Translations under genes and position numbers: made by a program | NCBI GenBank assembly: GCA_937965695.1 | Contig: CALCKW010000030.1 | Location: 8,951 to 72,950 of the forward strand | DNA: 64,000 bases | From: an uncultured Granulosicoccaceae bacterium | Lineage (GTDB): Bacteria; Pseudomonadota; Gammaproteobacteria; CALCKW01 | Direction of reading: 5' to 3' | Notes under the pieces: generated by a model | Seen by the model: the letters and a program-made list of their open reading frames with translations, nothing else | Databases searched by the model: none | Told to the model about the DNA's origin: nothing | Shown: piece by piece, positions 19,169 to 26,943 of the stretch | Layout: each line of letters begins with the position of its first letter | How positions within the stretch are numbered: position 1 is the stretch's first letter

Positions 19169-20983
19169 ATGATATCTTTTTTAAGACAAGCAGAATCGCT
19201 GCTCGCGACTGCGGCAAACAATCGTCATCGCGTATTGATCACTTTTTCTGGTGAACAGCAATGGGCTGAGCAGCAAGCAACCGACCTTTTGGACCAACAG
19301 CAAACTACACCCTTATGGGTTAGCGACTCTTTAGAGAAACGACCAGAAGCAATTGATTTCAATAGCAGTCGGCGTTGGCTGGGCCGAGAAGTCGACGCTC
19401 TGGTATTTGACGCCCACTCAGGGTTTGATCCGAATATTTTTGCGTTGCTGTGTGGCACTGTTAAGGCGGGAGGAGCACTAATATTACTGACACCTGCTTT
19501 AGAACGCTGGGACCTGCATGCCGACCCTGTAAATAATCGATGCAGTATCTGGGGTCAGTCAGTCCAGCGCTCTCGCTACCTCGCTCGTTTGAGCCTACGG
19601 ATACCAGATACGTCACAACTATTGGTACAGCAGGGTAAAGAACCACGTTGCGTCAAACTGCTTAAAAACGAGTCCACCCCCTCCAGCTTTAACGAGCAAA
19701 AAAAGCTCGTGCACCAGCTAGCCGATCAGTTTGAAAATGCGCCTGTCCAGCTAGCGATAATAAGTGGCGATCGAGGGAGAGGTAAGTCAGCTGCCCTTGG
19801 GCAATTAGCCGCTGAGTTCGCTCGGCGCGGAGCTCACCGACTGCTGGTTAGCGCACCCCGCAAAGCAGCAGTAGATGTGTTGCTGGTACATGCCCGCAAT
19901 CATTGGCCAGACGATGCACCCAAACTGGAAACGTGTTTAAATTTTGTATCGCCAGACAGCTTAAGCTTAGAGCCACAAGCTTGTGATGTGTTACTGGTCG
20001 ACGAAATGGGTGGTATACATTTAGGTCTATTGACCAAGCTCTTAGCGCAGTACCCTAGATTAATCATGGCGGGCACCGTCCACGGTTACGAAGGCGCAGG
20101 AAGAGGATTTCATACGCGGCTTCGCAATCACGTTGTGGATCATTACCCGCACGGCTACTGGAGCAATCTACAGCAACCCATTCGCTGGGCCTCAGATGAT
20201 CCCTTAGAACGTAGTTGTAATGATTTGTTGATGCTAAATGCAGAAAGCAAAGCGATTGATACCGACTGCGCTGCGTTTGACTGGCTGGATCGAAATAGTC
20301 TAGCGATTGATGAGCCGCTCTTAAGGCAAATCTACGGGCTGCTCGCCACAGCACACTACCGCACCCGGCCACTGGATTTGCGCCAAATGCTAGATGGTCC
20401 AAACTTACGATTGGCCGTTTTGCGTCGCGAGGAAACAGTGCTCGCGGCTTGTTTGGTCGCTCAAGAAGGCCCAATAAACGACGACGAACTCATCGCCGAA
20501 ATTATGGCAGGGAGACGCAGGCCTTCCGGTCATCTGCTTCCGCAATTACTTTTACAAAAGCGGCAGATCCCACTAGCGGCGACGGGTACCTTTTGGCGTG
20601 TGGTGAGAATCGCCGTACAGCCTGAATGCCAGAACCAAGGGTTTGGCAGCGAACTGCTGCAACACCTACAGCGAGAAGCTAGGGCTGCAGGCATAAACTT
20701 CATCGGCAGTATTTTCGCAGCAGATGGTCGCGTCATTCGTTTTTGGACGCGAGCTGAGTATCATCCCGTGCTGTTGGGGGATAACTGCGAAGCCACCAGT
20801 GGGAGTTACGCGTTGACGGTTCTCAAGCCATTGACTTCAGCCGCTGACTTTATCTTTGCTAGCGCCAAAGATTGCTGGACCAAGTACCCGAATAAGGATT
20901 TAAAAAAGAGCCATCCCGCGCTGTCGGCAGAGTTGCGAACAGTTATCAAGCAGTCACAACGAACCGATACTATCCCCGAATAA
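19169..20983 (+). CDS. tmcA: tRNA(Met) cytidine acetyltransferase TmcA-like (helicase + GNAT), C-terminally short
   Basis: HRVLITFSG, GTVKAGGALILLTP, Walker A GDRGRGKS, GYEGAGRGF, PIRW..DPLE, AHYRT, GRRRPSGHLLPQ, RVVRIAVQP; ATG 19169 preferred over TTG 19130. Confidence 0.88.
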   Translation: MISFLRQAESLLATAANNRHRVLITFSGEQQWAEQQATDLLDQQQTTPLWVSDSLEKRPEAIDFNSSRRWLGREVDALVFDAHSGFDPNIFALLCGTVKAGGALILLTPALERWDLHADPVNNRCSIWGQSVQRSRYLARLSLRIPDTSQLLVQQGKEPRCVKLLKNESTPSSFNEQKKLVHQLADQFENAPVQLAIISGDRGRGKSAALGQLAAEFARRGAHRLLVSAPRKAAVDVLLVHARNHWPDDAPKLETCLNFVSPDSLSLEPQACDVLLVDEMGGIHLGLLTKLLAQYPRLIMAGTVHGYEGAGRGFHTRLRNHVVDHYPHGYWSNLQQPIRWASDDPLERSCNDLLMLNAESKAIDTDCAAFDWLDRNSLAIDEPLLRQIYGLLATAHYRTRPLDLRQMLDGPNLRLAVLRREETVLAACLVAQEGPINDDELIAEIMAGRRRPSGHLLPQLLLQKRQIPLAATGTFWRVVRIAVQPECQNQGFGSELLQHLQREARAAGINFIGSIFAADGRVIRFWTRAEYHPVLLGDNCEATSGSYALTVLKPLTSAADFIFASAKDCWTKYPNKDLKKSHPALSAELRTVIKQSQRTDTIPE

Positions 20984-20998
20984 TGGTAATATGACTTG

Positions 20999-21847
20999 AT
21001 GATCGAGCCTGCAGATATCACCGTTGTTATACCAAGTTTCAATCGCGCGCACTGCCTGCCACGAGCGCTCGACTCTGTATTAGCCCAAACACTGAAACCA
21101 CTAGAAATTATCGTCGTAGATGACGGCTCGACAGACACCACAACTCAGCTATTAGCTGATCAGTACCGCGGTATTAAAGCGATCTATCAGGACAATGCTG
21201 GTGTAAGTGCAGCAAGGAATACAGGCATTAGTGCTTCAAAAGGTGTTTGGATCGCTCTACTGGATTCAGACGATGCTTGGCACTGCGATAAGTTGAAACA
21301 ACAACTCGAAGCAGTCCAAGAATTCCCTCAATCGCGCTTGGTACATTGTGACGAACTCTGGATACGCAACGGAGTACGGGTCAATCCTAAAAATCGCCAC
21401 CGAAAATCTGGCGGTTGGATATTTGAGCAATGCCTGCCGTTGTGTGCCATTTCGCCCAGTGCAGCGCTGATTCGTCGCGATGTGTTTGAAGACATCGGCT
21501 TATTCGACGAAAACCTCCCCGCCTGCGAAGACTACGACTACTGGTTGCGTTTTACACATCAAGAGCCGGTGTTGTACATAGATAAAGCGCTGCTGAGTAA
21601 ATATGGCGGGCATGATGATCAGCTCTCGCGTGCTCACTGGGGAATGGATCGTTTTCGTATACAAGTACTTTTCAAGCTATTGCGTACTGCAACCCTCGAC
21701 AGCACACAACGCTGTGCTGCCATCGAGGTATTGAGCGGAAAAATCAAAGTATTTGCAGCAGGTGCCCGTAAGCGTGGCCGTGAAGAAGAGGCTCAACAAC
21801 TAGAGTCAGAACTCTCGATGATTGAATATACCGGTTCGGTGCAATGA
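20999..21847 (+). CDS. Glycosyltransferase family 2 (GT-A)
   Basis: VVIPSFNR, VVDDGSTD, GVSAARNTG, LDSDD, CEDYDYWLR, YGGHDDQLS. Confidence 0.93.
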   Translation: MIEPADITVVIPSFNRAHCLPRALDSVLAQTLKPLEIIVVDDGSTDTTTQLLADQYRGIKAIYQDNAGVSAARNTGISASKGVWIALLDSDDAWHCDKLKQQLEAVQEFPQSRLVHCDELWIRNGVRVNPKNRHRKSGGWIFEQCLPLCAISPSAALIRRDVFEDIGLFDENLPACEDYDYWLRFTHQEPVLYIDKALLSKYGGHDDQLSRAHWGMDRFRIQVLFKLLRTATLDSTQRCAAIEVLSGKIKVFAAGARKRGREEEAQQLESELSMIEYTGSVQ

Positions 21848-22656
21848 CCGTTTATGTCGTAGCATTGCCGGCGGAAGCTCGCCCAATCATTGACGCGCTG
21901 AAGCTCAAAAGAAAAATCGATAAGCCCTGGTCTACTTATAGCAACGGCGACGATCACTTGCTGGTCACCGGAATTGGTCAATTAAACGCCGCCGCTGCCT
22001 GCGGGTGGTTGATTGGACACGCTCCGAGCCTTGCACGTTTACCGTGGCTTAATATCGGCATTGCTGGTCACGCCTCGCATGCACTCGGTGAGCTTTTCTG
22101 GGTAGAGAAACTGCAAGGTGTACGTGGAGGTTACTACCCGGCACTGCACTGCACTAACGCTCTACCCGGAGCTGTATTGAAAACGGTGGACGAACCCTGC
22201 TCTCTGTATGTCGACGAAAAGCTGGTTGATATGGAAGGCCTCGCCTTCTATTTAACTTGCTCTCGTTTTGTGCCACTGGAACTCGTTCATCTACTCAAGG
22301 TCGTTTCGGACAACAGAGAAAATCCGCTTGAGAGTTTCGACAAAAAGTCAGTGCCGGGTCTAATCCAAAACAACATTGATAAAATAATTAGCTTCTCGAC
22401 AGCACTGACTCAGCTTGCCGATAGCTTGCCTGAGCCGACGCCCGTCGGCCTCGAGGAGTGCATACTAGAATACTCTAGCCGATGGCGCTTTAGTCATAGT
22501 CAGACTCAACAGTTATACAAATTGCTCAACCGCTACTACGCGTTGACACAATTATTGTTGAGCCCTAACGACTTAGAAACAAAGGCTAGGGATGCTAAAC
22601 AAGTTCTCTCGATGCTGGAGGTCGAGATAGAGAAACTTCCGGTGGTGCTGCGATGA
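21844..22656 (+). CDS. Nucleoside phosphorylase/nucleosidase-fold protein (MTAN/HpnG/MqnB-like) with C-terminal extension
   Basis: VVALPAEA, TGIG..NAA, LNIGIAG, VDMEG, KVVSD match the PNP_UDP_1 motif series; ATGA overlaps at both ends. Confidence 0.78.
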   Translation: MTVYVVALPAEARPIIDALKLKRKIDKPWSTYSNGDDHLLVTGIGQLNAAAACGWLIGHAPSLARLPWLNIGIAGHASHALGELFWVEKLQGVRGGYYPALHCTNALPGAVLKTVDEPCSLYVDEKLVDMEGLAFYLTCSRFVPLELVHLLKVVSDNRENPLESFDKKSVPGLIQNNIDKIISFSTALTQLADSLPEPTPVGLEECILEYSSRWRFSHSQTQQLYKLLNRYYALTQLLLSPNDLETKARDAKQVLSMLEVEIEKLPVVLR

Positions 22657-23660
22657 TAGATACAATTTACATTGAAGAAGCCGTTCAACAACACCCTCGC
22701 ACGTTGAAGGTTCTGGAGCGTTTTCCAAAAGCACGGCGAATAGTCTGCGAACGCTATGGTGAAATATTCAACAGAGCACAACAAAGTTTCAGGGTTCAAA
22801 AACAAAAACCTGCGCTCGTACTGGCTCACAAGTCAGGGAATCGAGTACTGCCTGCTCCAGCAGACTACGGTATCGGCGGCCAACACAATTTCTACTTTTC
22901 GCACCTGTACAATTGCCTGTACGATTGCCGTTATTGTTTTTTACAAGGCATGTACAGAAGCGCGAATTACGTCATGTTTGTCAACTACGAAGATTTTTTT
23001 GATGACATCAAAGAACAGCAGGACAAACTGGATGCGCCTGGTTGGTATTTTTCTGGTTACGACTGTGACTCACTCGCTTTGGAACCTGTCACTCACTTTG
23101 TGTCTGAGGCATTGCAGTGGTTTGCACACCAGCCACAGGCTAATCTCGAGCTTCGCACCAAGAGTACGCAGATAAGATCCCTTCTCAAGTTGGAACCCCT
23201 AGACAATGTGGTAGTTGCCTGTAGCTTGTCACCCGACCCTATTGCTAGATCTCTTGAGCATGACGCTCCTTCACTTGATCGTCGAATCGCAGCACTGGAG
23301 AAAGTTGCAGAGGCCGGTTGGAGAATAGGCTTACGCTTTGATCCGCTCATCTGGTGTGATGACTACAAAGAGGTGTACGCAAAATTCTTTGACGATGTTT
23401 TTTCCCGGTTACCCCAAGCCAGTATCCATTCAGTCAGTACCGGGAGTTTTCGCCTACCTCCTGAGTTTCAGCAAAAGCTAGCTAAGCTCTACCCGCGTGA
23501 TGCGTTGCTGGCTGGCCCATTAGCACGCAACGATCGATGGGTAGGATTCCCCGTAGAACGCGAGCAAGCGCTATTACAGTTTGCGCAAGACCAAGTCGTG
23601 GGTGCTGTGGGCCAAGATAGGTTCTTCCCCTGCCAGTTTTCTGCGGAGAACGTATCTTGA
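22653..23660 (+). CDS. Spore photoproduct lyase-family radical SAM protein
   Basis: NCLYDCRYCFLQ (CxxxCxxC), GYDCDSLALE, ELRTKS, SLSP, LEH..PSLDRRI, GLRFDP. Confidence 0.85.
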   Translation: MIDTIYIEEAVQQHPRTLKVLERFPKARRIVCERYGEIFNRAQQSFRVQKQKPALVLAHKSGNRVLPAPADYGIGGQHNFYFSHLYNCLYDCRYCFLQGMYRSANYVMFVNYEDFFDDIKEQQDKLDAPGWYFSGYDCDSLALEPVTHFVSEALQWFAHQPQANLELRTKSTQIRSLLKLEPLDNVVVACSLSPDPIARSLEHDAPSLDRRIAALEKVAEAGWRIGLRFDPLIWCDDYKEVYAKFFDDVFSRLPQASIHSVSTGSFRLPPEFQQKLAKLYPRDALLAGPLARNDRWVGFPVEREQALLQFAQDQVVGAVGQDRFFPCQFSAENVS

Positions 23661-23671
23661 ATGGCGCGAGA

Positions 23672-24391
23672 TCACTGCAGATCGGCAAACCAACTGTGCT
23701 GAGGCAGCATAATATTTTGCAAATCGCTCAAGAGGTTTTTCTCGCTGAGCAATTCGAGCGCTCCTTGGTGATCAGGAGAGAGCAGCAAAGCTACAACCAA
23801 AGCTATATACACCAGAGATGTCACAAACAAGTTTTTACGATCGTAAAACTTCAAGGCCGTGCCAAAGGATCTTTTAATGCGACGGCCCATCAAGTTGACC
23901 GAGACCATCTCGTCCAACAGGAGGTGCAGCAGGTACCCAATTGTGACAAAGCTGCCGTAGATCCAACTCAACAATCCGGTCATATTGAAACCATAAGCCA
24001 TCAAATTTGTGGTCAATACTCCTGCCAGAACCGCAGCTGGAATAGAGTGGAACATACCGCGGTGAACAGTGATCAGCTGAAACGATTTGAGCAACGCCAA
24101 ACGCACGACCAAATAGACAACGACCCACAGAACCAACATTTCAGCTACCGAGTAAGTCGCGGATTTGCTGAACATGATCACAAACGACACCACGATAGCA
24201 ACAGCATTAAACGTAATGGTTACCGGCGTAGAGTTTTCGGAATCGATATCGGGCAAAAAGCCACCGATCGTACCCAAACTAAATGCGACCATCGCTTCAG
24301 TACTGTCGATATGATTGAGCGCCAACAGCCCGCTAGAGGTTGCTCCGCTGAGCGCCGCCGCCGCCGCGAAGTGAGTTTTGAAGTTTGCCAT
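23672..24391 (-). CDS. YdjM/DUF457-family membrane metal-dependent hydrolase
   Basis: N-terminal TH, LPDID, HRGMFHS, HLLLDE; multiple TM helices. Confidence 0.82.
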   Translation of the reverse strand: MANFKTHFAAAAALSGATSSGLLALNHIDSTEAMVAFSLGTIGGFLPDIDSENSTPVTITFNAVAIVVSFVIMFSKSATYSVAEMLVLWVVVYLVVRLALLKSFQLITVHRGMFHSIPAAVLAGVLTTNLMAYGFNMTGLLSWIYGSFVTIGYLLHLLLDEMVSVNLMGRRIKRSFGTALKFYDRKNLFVTSLVYIALVVALLLSPDHQGALELLSEKNLLSDLQNIMLPQHSWFADLQ

Positions 24392-24513
24392 ATGATCTTT
24401 TTTTTAACTCGATACCTTGGCGTGATTGTAGTCCCTGAGCGAGCGCCGTGGAAATCAAATTGGTACTGGTGCGAAATATCTTTAACTGAACGTCGGCACA
24501 GGAGGACACGCCA

Positions 24514-25689
24514 GTGGAATATCGGTACACACAAGCCAAAGACCTAACGCGACCAACTCAGGTGTCAGTCAATCTCAGTGCTATCGCTCACAACTATCAA
24601 CAGTTTTGCGCCCATGTTGGCGACGCGAAAGTCATGCCGGTGGTTAAAGCAAACGCCTATGGTCATGGCTTAGAAGAAGTCGCTCTCTATTTACGCGAAC
24701 TTGCCCCTCCCTATTTTGGTGTGGCAACCTTCGAGGAGGCACTTAGCCTTCGTGACTGTGGCATCGATACGCCAATTTTAGTGTTTGGAGGTATGTTTGA
24801 TGAGCAAATACCGTTATATATCAAACGTAAACTGACCCTGACCGCTTCCTCTGTCAGCAAACTAAAATCTATCGATAAGGCAGCGGAAAAACTTGGAATT
24901 CGTCCGAATGTACATCTCAAGATAGACACAGGCATGGAACGGGTTGGCGTGCATTATTACAATGCTGACCATCTCCTTACAGCGGCTCGTCATTGCCAGC
25001 ATGTCACTGTCACAGGCATCTATACACATTTTGCCAGTGCTGACGAGGCCGACAGTTCTTTTTACAACACGCAATTGCTACGATTTAAGCAAGTCTGTGA
25101 ACGAGCAAAAACTGAGCTTGGGCAATTGATTATTTGCCATGCAGCCAATTCTGCAGCAGCAATTCGTTATCCAGAATCTCATCTGGATATGGTGAGAGTC
25201 GGCATCTCCCTATTTGGCGTTTTGCCCGCTTTAAATATTAGACACACGCTGAATCTTCGTCCAGCACTGACTTGGCATTCAAAAGTGGTTTATTTTAAAG
25301 TGGTTCGTGCTGGCGACACTGTGAGTTATGGTGGAACATGGGCTCCCAAAACAGACACTCGCATTGTCACCGTTCCTGTTGGTTATGCTGACGGTTATAG
25401 CAGACAGCTTTCGAATATAGCGCAAGTCCGGATCCATAATAAATACTATCCAGTCATTGGTAAAATATGCATGGATCAGCTTATGGTCGACATTGGTCAA
25501 GACAGCGCATTCAACGGGGATACCGTGACCTTGCTTGGCGAAGGCATAGACGCGCATCAACTAGCCAGCTGGCAGTCAAGCATTGCCTACGAGGTACTCA
25601 CAACTATTGGATCGAGAGTGCCTCGCGCCTATGTATTCGACAATGAATTAAACGATTCAGAAAAAAACGGACAATCTTATGATGAATGA
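24514..25689 (+). CDS. alr: Alanine racemase
   Basis: PLP motif VVKANAYGHG, HLKIDTGM, THFA, ANSAA, VSYG, GYADG, CMDQ. Confidence 0.95.
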   Translation: MEYRYTQAKDLTRPTQVSVNLSAIAHNYQQFCAHVGDAKVMPVVKANAYGHGLEEVALYLRELAPPYFGVATFEEALSLRDCGIDTPILVFGGMFDEQIPLYIKRKLTLTASSVSKLKSIDKAAEKLGIRPNVHLKIDTGMERVGVHYYNADHLLTAARHCQHVTVTGIYTHFASADEADSSFYNTQLLRFKQVCERAKTELGQLIICHAANSAAAIRYPESHLDMVRVGISLFGVLPALNIRHTLNLRPALTWHSKVVYFKVVRAGDTVSYGGTWAPKTDTRIVTVPVGYADGYSRQLSNIAQVRIHNKYYPVIGKICMDQLMVDIGQDSAFNGDTVTLLGEGIDAHQLASWQSSIAYEVLTTIGSRVPRAYVFDNELNDSEKNGQSYDE

Positions 25690-26866
25690 TCCTGTGGTTA
25701 TTGTTGGCGCTAAACGCACACCTATGGGCGGATTCCAAGGTGATTTAGCAGCATGCAGCGCTAGTGAACTAGGTGCCGTAGCGATACAAGCTGCTGTCGA
25801 ACAGAGCGGAATCAATGCACAACAAATAGATGAAGTTTATATGGGTTGCGTTTTGCCAGCCGGCCAAGGACAGGCACCAGCGCGCCAAGCAGCATTAGCT
25901 GCAGGTCTAGAACTAGGAACAGCCTGTACCACTGTCAATAAGATGTGCGGTTCGGGTATGCGAGCGGCAATGATCGCCTGTGATACTTTAACAGCGCGTT
26001 CAGCAGACGTTGTTGTCGCAGGCGGCATGGAAAGCATGAGCAACGCCCCTTATTTACTACAGAAAGCTCGTACGGGTATGCGCATGGGTCATGACAAGGT
26101 GATGGATCACATGTTTTTAGATGGTTTAGAAGACGCTTACGACAAAGGAAAATTGATGGGAAGCTTTGCCGACTCTTGTGCTACTCAATTTAAATTCAGT
26201 CGAGAATTACAAGATGAATATGCCTTACGCTCTTTGGCTAGAGCAAAATCTGCCATAGAAAACGGTGCATTTAGAGACGAGATTTCAGCCGTCAGTACTA
26301 TGGCAGGCAGAAAAGAGGTGCACACAGATACCGATGAGCAACCGGGGAAAGCCAGACCAGAAAAAATCCCTCAATTGCGCCCGGCGTTCAACAAAGACGG
26401 TACCGTGACAGCGGCAAACGCTAGTTCCATTTCGGACGGTGCCGCAGCCTTAGTGATGATGCGCGAGAGCGATGCAATAGCAAAGGGGTGTGTACCGCTG
26501 GCTCGTATTCTAGGTCACTGTAGCCACGCCCAAAAACCGAGTGATTTTGCTTCAGCCCCTATTGGCGCAATTCAGAAGCTTTTTGAGAAAACTCAAACCA
26601 ATGCAAGCGACTACGATTTGTTTGAGATCAATGAGGCTTTTGCAGTGGTTGCACTCACTGCGATACAAGAACTCTCTCTCGATTCTGAAAAGGTAAATGT
26701 CAATGGCGGTGCCTGCGCGCTTGGCCACCCCATTGGCGCATCTGGAGCTCGAATTATCACAACACTCATCTACGCGCTTAAAAATAGAGGCATGAAAACC
26801 GGCATTGCCAGTCTTTGCATTGGTGGCGGTGAGGCTACAGCGATAGCTATTGAATTGATACCATAA
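25679..26866 (+). CDS. Acetyl-CoA C-acyltransferase (thiolase)
   Basis: [32 protein letters not shown]. Confidence 0.95.
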   Translation: MMNDPVVIVGAKRTPMGGFQGDLAACSASELGAVAIQAAVEQSGINAQQIDEVYMGCVLPAGQGQAPARQAALAAGLELGTACTTVNKMCGSGMRAAMIACDTLTARSADVVVAGGMESMSNAPYLLQKARTGMRMGHDKVMDHMFLDGLEDAYDKGKLMGSFADSCATQFKFSRELQDEYALRSLARAKSAIENGAFRDEISAVSTMAGRKEVHTDTDEQPGKARPEKIPQLRPAFNKDGTVTAANASSISDGAAALVMMRESDAIAKGCVPLARILGHCSHAQKPSDFASAPIGAIQKLFEKTQTNASDYDLFEINEAFAVVALTAIQELSLDSEKVNVNGGACALGHPIGASGARIITTLIYALKNRGMKTGIASLCIGGGEATAIAIELIP

Positions 26867-26902
26867 AAAAACCGCCGCAAGCACAGCTTGGCGGCGGTTA
26901 TT
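26865..26902. terminator. Bidirectional intrinsic terminator between thiolase and the polysaccharide operon
   Basis: AAAAAAACCGCCGC-AAGCACAGCTTG-GCGGCGGTTATT. Confidence 0.75.
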
Positions 26903-26943
26903 CGGCTAGAGCCGTCGGACTCTTGCCTAAGCTCTAATGATAA

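Noticed and set aside
23657-24547. 296-aa plus-strand ORF continuing from the SPL-like gene
   Set aside because: Antisense shadow of the YdjM-family gene; Gln/His/Arg-rich composition typical of the reverse of a membrane protein
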